DNA of 64,000 nucleotides, taken from NCBI GenBank assembly GCA_030324005.1, contig JARDVH010000106.1, positions 50,935,474-50,999,473 on the forward strand, in the 5' to 3' direction. The position numbers and the translations under genes are program-made. How positions within the stretch are numbered: position 1 is the stretch's first letter; every line of letters starts with the position of its first letter. The notes beneath the pieces were generated by a model. That model saw nothing but the letters and a program-made list of their open reading frames with translations, was not told the origin of the DNA and searched no databases. The stretch is from Negaprion brevirostris. Its lineage: Eukaryota. This document shows, one piece after another, positions 40,291-51,360 of the stretch.

Positions 40291-43200
40291 ATGAAAAATC
40301 CACCAAAGGGAGTGAAATGGGGCTAATTTGTTTTACCCACAAGATTATATCTATTCATTCAAGGTGCAGCCATGCCTTTGATTGAATTGTCAGAAAACTT
40401 ATAATGCTAGGAATACTGTGTGAATTCATCACCAGAGATCCTTTCTCATCCAATGAACCGAAAGGGAATACCTAGGCCTGCAATGCTTTTGACAGTCATT
40501 TTGGATAGAGCAATAGTAACTTTAAATAAATTTAAGTCTATGCTACGTTTTTAGAACNNNNNNNNNNNNNNNNNNNNNNNNNNNNNNNNNNNNNNNNNNN
40601 NNNNNNNNNNNNNNNNNNNNNNNNNNNNNNNNNNNNNNNNNNNNNNNNNNNNNNNNNATGCTACGTTTTTAGAACTCATTTGTCTTTGGGTGTGTGGTTC
40701 TATGTGTATGAGAAATGGCTCTTTACTGCAATTACATTTTGGATATTTAGAAAATGAATATGTATCCTTTCCTTTGACTCAAACTTAAAATGAACCTTTT
40801 TCATGTCTGCTTTTAAAAGTCATGGCACTCAAGGGGTTAAAACACTCCTTCTCAAAAATATATTCTGTTGCAATCAGTTGAGAGGCTGGGAAGAAAGGGG
40901 AAATCATTCAACGTCTTTCCCTTGCCCATAGCAAAATACACTGAAATACGCTGAAAATGATACGCTGAAATAGCGTTTCATTTGCTGTGAATATTAGTAT
41001 TCATATTTGCAATTCAAAATAGTGACAGCAGCTGAAAACTGTGTGTCGAGTAATTACTTAATCTGATCAATATATGAACAGGCTAATAGGATTTTTACTC
41101 TTTACAGTTAAAATGTGTACAAATTTAAATTGAAAGAAATGTGAGCAATCCCCACCACTGAGACATGGATTAAAGTATTACGGGACTTAATACCTCTAGA
41201 AAATTGACCTATTCACCGAGGCTAAGACAGGATCAGTTTGTGAATGTGTGTTCCCGGCACGGTTCCCCACGTGTACCCCCCATTTCAGCCTACCACCAAC
41301 CCCCTGCATCTGGATTTCTACAAGCATGCACCTAATCCAATTTGACCTCTAAGGGAAAATTAGTATGTCCTTCAAACTGCAAACAGCGGATTTTACGTCA
41401 TGTGTCTCTGTTGCATGCAGAGGTATTTCTAGCAACACTACTGTTACTTCACAAACATGGCCTGCACATCAGAGGACAACCTGCTGACCTTGAGAAATAA
41501 AAATTCCTATTAGATATCAGTGGTAGAAATAAAATCTATAAATGTGGTATGTTCACTTGAAATAAAATATCAGTTTTTGTCCATAAGTCGAAAATACATG
41601 TTTATGCTTTTACAACAGATCTGTGTTATTTATTAGTAGGCAAGCTAGGTTAAAACATATAAAGATAAAATAAATGAAATGTGTGAGTAAGCAGTCTAGC
41701 GATGATTACAGGTTTGACTGACAGGTGCTTGTAAGAAAGCTTAGTCTTCAGAGCAACTCTAAATCCTATTACAATAGAGTAGTCAGTATATTGGATTTAT
41801 TTAAATGAGAGACTGATATCATCTAGCTAAAGAAATGGAATCATCTCTGGATGCTGTAGGATGTCTGATACCGTGTCAAGGCAATCATCACTATGCTAGA
41901 AGACAAGATTTGTTTTTATTAGTTTTAAAGAAAAACAAAATAAGAAATACTGATGTGAAAATCCCTTAACAAAGCAATGTGTAGCAAGTTATCCCACTGA
42001 CATCAGAAATTGCCATTCATGTCACCAATATAGACTTGCTTGATGATTTATTTTATGGACATTGTGCTTTAAAGATAAGTTAATACGGTGAGCAATTGAA
42101 CATTGTTTTACAGTTTGTGCCCTGTTTCAGCATTTAGTAGTCCCTATTTGCTTCCTTGGAGACTCAATGAATACAATCCAATTTTGAATGTCTGGGCGTG
42201 AGCCATGTTGATCAGTAAGATCCCAGTTTTGACTCTTGGCCCTTACTGAGTTAGCCAATCCTAGCCTCACTGAATAATATTCAAAAACCCCCTGACGAAC
42301 CATATACCAAGAGTTTAAGGAGAGGGGGAAAGGACAAAAGGATGGGCACAACAATGGGCCAGAGTTTCTGCATTCGTTCTCCACTGAGTCCTGCTAAAAA
42401 AAATTGTGAGCCTTGGATGCAGACTGGATAAAAATTGGCTGTGAAACCTATGATCAAGTCATTTGCTGGCAGTGTGCCTAAGATCATGTGAAGAATGTGA
42501 AGTTAGGTTAAGTACTGCAGGACTAAGAATGCAAATAGTTTCAGGATAAAATAGGGGAGGGGGAAAAACAATAAACAAGACCAAACAATTTTTGACAGTC
42601 TTCCCACAGCATGATGACAATTTACCTTTTTATTCCAGCCAGAAATTATTTAGATAACAGCACTTCTCTACATTCATAAAGAGAGTGTACTGAGTTGATT
42701 AGTAATGCAAATTTCAGGTCACATCTGGTGCCGCAAATTATTTTTATCTTTGGTTTTAATAAAAAGTAAGGCAAGTTTCAGATGTAGACACTGCCACTGC
42801 TCCAGTGCAATCCTATCCAGAGGAAAACACGCAGACAGATCTGCAGAGTGTCTCAGAGCAAGCTATTCATAGCTGTCTTAGTATTTGAATCTCTGCAAAG
42901 ATAAATGTAACAAATGTGACACTTACTATTTACCTGAATACAGTTATTTTAATCTGTGGGTTTTTGCCCTTCATGTTGTGCAGTGTAATGTATTTGTCAA
43001 TCCATTGCTGGTCTCAATTTCCTACATATGCATGTGCAAATTTCTATGTGTCAAGCAACATGGTTATTGCTGATGATCCTAGTGAAGTTGCAGAGGACAA
43101 GCAAATATCACCGTTGACATAAATCTGGAAATGAAAAATACTCCAAAAATTTTACTGACCTTTGACAGCACCAGAGTCATAATGTACAGTGTCATTTGGA

Positions 43201-43603
43201 AGGTATGTTGATTTATATAAGTAACATTAAAGTGTCATTAATATTGAATGTTAATGAGGCTCATCAACTTCATTGAAGCTTCAGGCAGGAATTCTGCACT
43301 CTGACTTACTAATGAGGTACTTCCAGAGGCAATTAAAGTTTGCTGCTTCAGATATATGCTGTTTACAGCCTTGACATTCAGAATGAAAGGGAAAAAAAAT
43401 GCACCATTGCAAGACTATTCCCTGTTGGAACTGAAGTCAAAGTCAACTTTTGAGATTCAGCTAATAGAAGAATATGCAATGCTTTTGACCATCAATACCG
43501 ACTCGAGGAAAGCCAGTTATGTCTGGAAATTAAGCTTTCAGTTGCAGCACATATTCAAATGTTCAGTTTTTTTAGATATCTCACAAATGGCAGACTTCAA
43601 GTA

Positions 43604-43898
43604 AAAAAAAGTTTATTTATTAATCATGTCGGCTTACATTAGGATTTCAGTAAAGTTACTTTGAAAATCCCCTAGTTGTCACACTCCCGCACTTGTTTGG
43701 GTACATTGAGGGAGAATTTAGCATGGCCAATGCACCTAACCAGCACGCCTTTCAGACTGTGGGAAGAAACCAGAGCATCTGGATGAAATTCACTTGGACG
43801 TGCAGACTCCATACAGACAGTGACTAAACAGGGAATCAAACCCAGGTCTCTGACGCTGTGAGGCAGCAGTGCTAACCACTGTGCCAGCGTGCTACCCA
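43604..43898 (-). mobile_element. HE1-like V-SINE with the alternative tail
   Basis: Collinear with 22389-22695. Confidence 0.85.
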
Positions 43899-44034
43899 TC
43901 AGCTTTCCAAACAAGAGATCAGAAGCAAAAGTTCATTTTGAGTGAACCAGCAACTGACTGCACTGAGTCCCTGCCGCAGTTCTGCATCTTCCACTTGCAG
44001 AGGGCGGTCAAGGTCTGATGTGCCTTCGCACTCA

Positions 44035-44280
44035 GATAGCAATCTTCTGCCTCCAGACCCTGCAGAGATACCTTTATGTTGAGCCCTCTCCACGATGGTG
44101 TGCCCTAGCGATGTATTCCATCCACCAGTAGCATGGCCTGAATTATGACGTGCAGCTCCTGCACATCAAGCTGGGGTGTGTTTTGACCTCCTTGCAGGAG
44201 TTGCCTATCTTTTACCAGGACCTCCTCACTGTCTAGAACACGGCTGCCTTGCGACGTAACTCTCCGCCATCGGGGGGGGG
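44035..44280 (+). mobile_element. Tx1/L1-like ORF2 fragment
   Basis: AIFCLQTLQRYLYVEPSPRWCALAMY...GLNYDVQLL...LQELPIFYQDLLTV resembles the post-RT region of Tx1-clade elements. Confidence 0.6.
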
Positions 44281-45236
44281 GTCAAAGAAACCTGAACACA
44301 GAATCATTGGATGGTAATTGCAAATGATTGCAATGTCATGTGAGTGGATTCCTGAAATACATCCACTAACATATCAGCTGCAATACTGCCAGAATGCTGA
44401 GCTGAGAATTATGAATATAAACAACACAATGCTGTTTGTTACACAGTGTTGCATTGTTTTCCAGACAATAACAACACTGTCGAGTGATTTCCAGTGGGAG
44501 CGAGGGCAGCAGAACGAACCCCAAATCCAGCAGTTCAGTGTGAATGCTTCGTGCATTAACTTTCCGCAAAGACTGGAAAATTTATCATTAGTTTTTCCAA
44601 GAGACACTTCCTGTATCAAGCAAAGAAGAAGCCCACTAAAACAGTTACTTTTCTTGGTACAAACATTACTCCTGTGCAGTGATGGGACTGAGTTTTTCCT
44701 TAATGTTACTGCACCTGCAACACTTGAAACCAGTTTACAGACTCATTGGAGAATATTAAATGCCAAAATATTGTGACATACAGTGAAATGGAAGAACCAT
44801 AATCATAATGGCTTTTCCTCTTTTCTGCACTGTGGTGAGCACTGTAATGAAGAAATTAAGACTCCTTCCCCCATTCTCTTTCCATTTAGTTCTTTTTCCC
44901 CTCCCTCTTGTATCCTGAAGTTTATTCCTGAGTTAGCTGTATTTCTAGGGATGTCAGGCAATAGTTTCTCCAAGGACCTTTGAACGTGAGCCTGAGAGGT
45001 GAGCATCAGGTGGTCTATAATCCTTAGTATCACACCACACCGCACATCACATTTACCGAACTGCCATCAGGGGAAATAGTGCATCCAAGGTTTTATCTTA
45101 TAAATTGTAACACCACCGTGGATTCCTAATAATTTTGAAATAACATTTTGAGGCAGAAATGCTGAACTTTTACCTTTACACAGGAATCAAAAGCAAAGCT
45201 TAGTCTTTCCAGGGGAGCGCAGGTGAAAGGTCTTAC

Positions 45237-45409
45237 CTAATATTTAGCGATTTTTTCCTGAGCTCAGTCCAATGCAAGTTCATGTCATCAAGACGCCTCT
45301 GCAACAAAACCCCATCCTCTGCACCTTCCAGACCTTTGAGTATTTTCTGTCCATTCTCATCCAAGTTATGGTAAGTGTCAGTGTGAGCTTCAATTTCTGT
45401 CTGAAGATC
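45237..45409 (-). CDS. DMD: Dystrophin exon equivalent to human exon 56 (spectrin-repeat rod)
   Basis: Minus strand caacag|GATCTTCAG...AATATTAG|gtaaga, 173 bp. Translates DLQTEIEAHTDTYHNLDENGQKILKGLEGAEDGVLLQRRLDDMNLHWTELRKKSLNIR, matching human exon 56 (DLQGEIEAHTDVYHNLDENSQKIL...KKSLNIR) in sequence, size and phase. Confidence 0.96.
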
Positions 45410-45598
45410 CTGTTGAAGAAGGCAAAAAAGACATTGCTTTTATATTTCTTGATTTGTCATAAATGGGCTTTCACGGTCAGAACAATCATTGAACTGTGCG
45501 TGGCTTCACATTTTATTCAATTTAATAATAAATTGGAAATAAAATTGACAACAAAATAAAACAAAACAGAAAAAAAATGCATTCCTGACACCACTGAC

Positions 45599-45628
45599 CT
45601 TTACGTAATATGTTTTCCTTTGCAGCAT
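45599..45628 (-). CDS. DMD: Coding part of the Dp116-like alternative first exon (MLQRKTYYVK)
   Basis: aaaATGCTGCAAAGGAAAACATATTACGTAAAG|gtcagt: phase-0 donor 189 bp upstream of the phase-0 exon 56 acceptor. 8/10 identical to the human Dp116 N-terminus MLHRKTYHVK (recalled). Confidence 0.9.
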
Positions 45629-45769
45629 TTTTAATCTAAACCTTGGAAGGATGCAAAGACTTTGAGGTGCCTGCATTGCGCCCAGGATAGTTTGTTTGAG
45701 AAAGCGCAGATCCTTGTCCACTTTCTGCTCAGTAAAGTGTGGCTGGATAAGAACCAGCCTTAACATTCA

Positions 45770-46200
45770 ATATTGCATAACCAACCCAGAGGATACAATA
45801 CCATCATTCAGGGCAGTGGCCTTTCAGCAACACAACAGTTGAATAGACCAATTAGCTTTGTTTTTTATAGAAATAAAAAAGCATCACAGTTCTCTTTAAA
45901 TTTTAAAGGGTTCTGGCATGTGAACATTCCTCATACAGATGCCACGCTCCCAATTTGCAAATAGTTATGCACATCCCAGCATACTAACCCACCTACAGGC
46001 TCGATTGGGCCAACTGCACTATACTGAGCGAGCTTTTTGCTTTTCTGTACATCGGGCAATTGTTTTCTTTTCATCCTCACGATCCTTCCTACCTGCATCT
46101 TCTCAAAGAAGGAAATATAAGGTGAGAGTATCTATGTAGGTAAACTCCGATATCCCAAATTGGCTGGACTGTCAACACTGGACAATTCTTAAGTGAGAGA
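45770..46200 (-). promoter_or_regulatory. Putative internal Dp116 promoter / 5' leader
   Basis: Apparently repeat-free stretch directly upstream of the Dp116-like exon. TATAAAA on the minus strand at 45869-45863, CCAAT near 46004-46008, ACAAT/ATTGT Sox-type cores near 45795, 46060 and 46180. The motifs are short; the call rests mainly on position. Confidence 0.5.
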
Positions 46201-47805
46201 CAGTTCACTCATGAGACAAATAGTTGAAACATCTATTACTGAATCATTAACATAACTAAAAACAACAAAACATGCCTGCTACATTGGCTACTGCAGACAA
46301 ATACATGCTATATCTCAAAATAAGATAGAAGATGCTGAAATACAAAGCATATCCATCAGCAAATGCAACTATTGCTCCAAACACAATTCCTCAGATAATG
46401 AAGCAGTCTATGTCAATTTGCTGGAAAACATAGACACTATCAAGGCTTGTACTGATAAATGGCAAGCAAATTAAAAACACACAGGTCCCAGACAAAAATC
46501 ATCACCAAAAGGAAGTGTCAAAGCACTTTCCTTTGTCGTTCAATGGCAATGCCATTGCTAAATCTTCCAACCTCAACATCCTGGTGGTCACCACTACCCA
46601 GAATTTAAATTGGAATAACGATGTAAATACTGTGATTATCACAATTCGGGGGAATGAGTAAAGTGTGAAATCACAACCATCTTAGGACTCAGTTGTCAGG
46701 GAGCCCAGCTGCAAAAGCATAGTGATTCAAGTGCACTGGTCCCTTGTGAAGGAGTGATTTTATGCATACGGCTGAGATGATGGATAAGCAGAAGTCTATC
46801 TATTACCTACAAATGCAGGAAGCTTCTCTCAACCTGTACATGGAGATTTGTGAATGAACAGACATTTTAAATGTTACAAACCCAAAATAGGAGCGGCAAA
46901 GATATTAATATTTAGGAGCCCAAGCTTTCAAAGAGATACTTGAAGACAATAGAGAACTAAGATGAAAGCAGAAAGGTATTTATGAAAATGAATTTTCAGC
47001 TACAGTTCATTGTTGTGGAGGCCAAGCCCTAGTGAAAGCCAACTCCTGTGTTTTGGGGTATATGGAAAATCTGCAATTTTAATTGAAGAAAGCAACTCAG
47101 TCTTGGGTTAGGAGAATATCTGAACTGAGACACAGTTTGTTTTGGATCTCCCTTGGGAAAAAATGCATCAGCGTGGATTAGCTCTGAGAAGTCTTGGATT
47201 GTGCTTTTGTTTAAAGTGAAAGCAATTTCTCAGTTTGGGTAATATTTCCTGGATTTTGTGGTCAACAATCTATAGATGTTGTTGCCAAAAAGACAGTTTT
47301 ATTATGCACCTTTTATAAAGCACTCATTCCTGACCACAAACTCATATTAGTGACATTACTGATGGCATAGAATCACAGAATTCCTACTGTGCAGAAGGAG
47401 GCCATTCGACCCTTTGAGTCTGCACCGATTCTCCAACAGCGCATCCCACCCAGGCCCTATACCCATAACCCCACATATTTTCCCCTCTAATTCTCTCAAC
47501 CCATACATTTTGGGATAATAAGGGGTAATATATTAAGAGCAAGAAAATGACCAGGAAAAGACTCATTTGAGACCAAAGGGGCAATCTGTGCTTGGAGCCA
47601 GAGGGCTTTTTCATCTTTATTCATTAAGGAAAATGCCATTATAGCTGGAGACAGTAATGTTCTAAAGCACATCTTAGATGTATTAGTGGACAATCAGGCG
47701 CATGAACCCCAGGGTCTGATGAGATGTATCCCAGGCTACTATAGGAAGGAACAGAGGAGATTGCAGGAATCCTGACAGCGATTTTTAAACCTTTGCTGGC
47801 CACAG

Positions 47806-48250
47806 GTGGAGATGCTGGCATTGGACTGGGATAATTATAGTAAGAAATCTCGCAACACCAGGTTAAAGTCCAACAGGTTTATTTGGTAGTAAATGCTACT
47901 AGCTTTTGGAGCACTGCTCCTTCGTCAGGCGAGTGGAGAGTTCTGATCACAAACAGGGCATATAAAGGCACACACAGTTTACAGAATACTGATTAGAATG
48001 CGAGTCTNNNNNNNNNNNNNNNNNNNNNNNNNNNNNNNNNNNNNNNNNNNNNNNNNNNNNNNNNNNNNNNNNNNNNNNNNNNNNNNNNNNNNNNNNNNNN
48101 NNNNNNNNNNNNNNNNNNNNNNNNNNNNNNNNNNNNNNNNNNNNNNNNNNNNNNNCTCCCACTCACGTGATGAAGGAGCAGCGCTCCGAAAGCTTGTGGT
48201 GTTTACTACCAAATAAACCTGTTGGCATTTACCTGTTGTGAGACTTCTTA
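47806..48250. mobile_element. Penelope-like element with ~95 bp inverted termini, nested in a CR1
   Basis: 47840-47937 is the reverse complement of 48156-48250; acaggtg is duplicated at 47802-47808 and 48250-48256. Confidence 0.75.
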
Positions 48251-48789
48251 CAGGTGAAGTGCCAGAGGGTAGCTAATGTGGTACCTTTATTCAAGAAAGG
48301 CAGCAGCGATAAATTGGTAATTACAGGTCAGTTAGTCTAATGTTAGAGGTAGGGAAATTATTGGAAAAATGTTGGAGGGATAGGATTAATCAACTCATGG
48401 AAAGTTAGGGATTAATCAGGGATGGTCCAAAAAGGTTAGAGCCCATGGGATCCAAGGCCAGTTGGCAAATTGGATCCAAAATTGGCTGGTTGATAGAAGG
48501 CAAAGGGTGATGGTAGGGTGGGGTGGGGGTGGGGGGTTGTTTTTGTGATTGAAAGCCTGTGGCCACTGGTGTACCACAAGGAATAGTGCTGAGGCCCTTG
48601 CTGTTTGTCGTACACATTAACAAATTGGATGTGACTGTAGAAAGTATAATTAGTAAGTTTGCATAGAATATAGAAGCAGGGAGATTTGTTACAATTTATA
48701 AAACATTGGTTAGGCCACAGTTGAAATATTGTGTGCAGTTCTGGTCACTACACCATCGGAAGGATATGCTTGCATTGGGCAGGGAGTAG

Positions 48790-49053
48790 AGCCAGGTTTG
48801 ATTCCCAGCTTGGGTCATTGTCTGAGTCTGCATGTTCTCTCCATGCTTGCGTGGCTTTCCTCTAGGTGCTCTGGTTTCCTCCCATAGTTCAAAGACATGC
48901 TGGTTAGGTGCATTGGCCATGCTAAGTTCTCCCTCAGTGTACCCAAACAGGCGCCAGAGTGCAGCGACTAGGGAATTTTCACAGTAACTTCACTGCAGCG
49001 TTAATATAAGCCTACCTGTGACAAATAAATAAATAAACTTTAAATAAACTTTA
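48790..49053 (+). mobile_element. 5'-truncated V-SINE (alternative tail) nested in a CR1
   Basis: B box, V-domain and tail ...cctacctgtgacaaataaataaataaacttt; the CR1 resumes at aggagatacaccagg. Confidence 0.85.
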
Positions 49054-49993
49054 CAGGAGATACACCAGGATGTTGCTTGCCTGGGATGGAAAGTTTCAGC
49101 CAAGAGGAGGGACTGGATATGCTGGATTTGTTTGCTGTAGAGCAGAAGAGGCTGAGGAGGGATCTGATAGAGGTATACAAAGTTATGGGCAGCATAGACA
49201 GTGTAGATCAGAAGAATCTTTTTCCTGTGGCACAGAGGTCTAAGACCAGAGGAGGAGGAAGTGGTTTAGAGGGGATCCAAGGAAAATCTTGTCACCCAGA
49301 GGGTGCTGGAAATATGGAATGCACTGCCTGAGAGTGTGGTAGAGCCACATACTCTCACAACATTTAAGAAGCATCTGGATGAGCACTGAAATCGCCAAGG
49401 CATAGTAGGTAATGATCAAGAACTGGCAAGTGGGATTAGTTTAGATTGGTATTTGATGGTTGGCATAGACATGGTGGCTTGAAGGGCCTGCTCCTGTTCT
49501 GTATCACAGTATGACTATCTCCATATTCCTTAATTCACATAGTCTCCAAAAAATTATCAGCTTCTGTATTGACTAAGCTCAATGGATGAGCATTCACAAC
49601 TCTCTGGGGTACAGAATTCAAAAGCGTCATAACCATTTGAATGAAGAAAACTATCCTCATCTCAGTCCTAAACGGTCAACTCCTTACTATGGAGACTATG
49701 ACCCTGTGTGTCAGACTTCCAGCAGGGAGATATCCCACAACATCTAATTTGTCAAACCTCCTGATAAATGTTTATACATCAATTAGATCACCTCTCATTT
49801 TTCTAAATCTAAGGAATATAGGAAATGGTTCAGAAAAAAACACCTTCCCATCTCCCCCAAGTGCCCCCTACCCAGCCCCCCCGACCCCCCACCCCAATGC
49901 TTCCTCATTGTACTCATTCCCATGTTTCACCCTTCAAAGTACTAAAACGGTTGTGGAGGATCTGAGTCAGTAGCCTTTAAAAGCACTCTACTG

Positions 49994-50460
49994 CAGCAAT
50001 CGGCAATCTAGATTTGCGAGTGGGCCACGTAAGGGACCCTCCTTCATCTCACGTGCTGCGAGATTGAAACTGGGTTTGTTGACTAGCCACGACCTGATGA
50101 ATAAGATTGAATATGCACTGAGTATTACAGAGTGAGTTATAAGAAATGTTTAATCATTCATATATTAGTAGAACTCCAAATGTTAAAAACAAAATAAATA
50201 TTTGTGCTTTGGAAGCAGAGAGAGTGCAAAATTCTCATAGTCAATGTTATGTGCAAACAGCACGTACCTCACTTCAGTCACCCTTGCTTTACGTGTGTAC
50301 ACTTCAGTCATACTGGGAGTGAAAAGACACTATGTGGCTGGAAATTAGCAGAATGTGACAACCCTGCACGTGAACGAATGTCAATAAAATATCTCTTGAG
50401 CTGCACTTGGAACCTAGATGGATCACATGCGGTCCCCAGGCTGCATACTGCCCAGCACTG
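49994..50460. mobile_element. hAT (Charlie-like) non-autonomous element
   Basis: CAG-starting imperfect TIRs cagcaatcggcaa / ctgcccagcactg, subterminal gggccac / gcggtcc, 8 bp flanks ctctactg / gtttacag (5/8 identical). Confidence 0.5.
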
Positions 50461-51360
50461 GTTTACAGCCACAAAACTGGTGGCAATTCAGAGACAAACC
50501 CAGGTCTGTGTGCATCTTCCTGGAATACCAACTCATGTATATATATGTTACACGTGTATGCTTCTTACGTCAATGCATATTATTTAAATCAATCCACAAG
50601 GAGGAAGATGGAACAAATTCAACCCAAGGCAGCTTAATTATGAGTCAGAGTAGTAGTTTATATGGTAAGTTACCAGTAGAAATATAAGTCATATATATAC
50701 CTGTACATTTGAAATGCATTATTTCTTATCAGGCTGAAGCAACCCTTTACAACCTGCATACATTTATAGATGATAACTGGAACAAGTTAACTTTTCTTTC
50801 AAAACATTGTATGTACTTTTACTCGGCCATGATGTTATTTATTATAGCTGTTCATCTTTTTCATACATTTCCTATTCTATTCTTATATAGATCATTGAGC
50901 AATGAACATTTGTTTTGCACCAAAGGTATATCACTAATTGATTGTTAAGCTCAAAAGTTGCAGAGCACTCATAAATGGTTGTTATAAATGTATAACACTT
51001 AAAAATGATTGCCAGCAATATTATTATAGCCACAACATAACTTGTATCAAATTCTTCTTTGTTTTAAGAGAGCTAACCTCTTCATTAAAATGCCAGAGTG
51101 GAATTAGATACATTGCGTAAATATGAAATTTTTGAATTCTGATTTGATAAGACAAATTAGGAGTAAGGGTAGGATCCTTTCATGGGGCATGGGAATCACT
51201 GGCAAGGTCAGCATTTGTTGCCCATTCCTCACTGTCCTTAAGAAAACCATGGTCAGCCATCCTCTACAACTGCTGCAATCCATCTGGTGAAGACACACAA
51301 TGCTGTTAGGAAGACAGTTCCAGGATTTTGAACCAACAACAGTGGAAGGATGGCAATGTA

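Larger units (their letters stand above)
47530..49520 (+). mobile_element. CR1/HER1 LINE ORF2 to 3' end with two nested insertions
   Basis: PGSDEMYPRLL, ANVVPLFKKG, GVPQGIVL, LVRPQLKYCVQFWS, KRLRRDLIEVYKVM and the HER1-type 3' tail (gaagggcctgctcctgttctgtat). Confidence 0.88.

Noticed and set aside
44318-44776. 152-aa ORF with overlapping antisense ORFs
   Set aside because: Non-ATG start, no recognisable domain, antisense to dmd; consistent with chance.
8971-45628. Gene could be utrophin or DRP2 (DHIEK and AFR residues look utrophin-like)
   Set aside because: LKENV..NDLARQ, IQLSPYNL, EAHTD.YHNLDEN.QKIL and the Dp116-type decapeptide favour dystrophin; a phylogeny would confirm.
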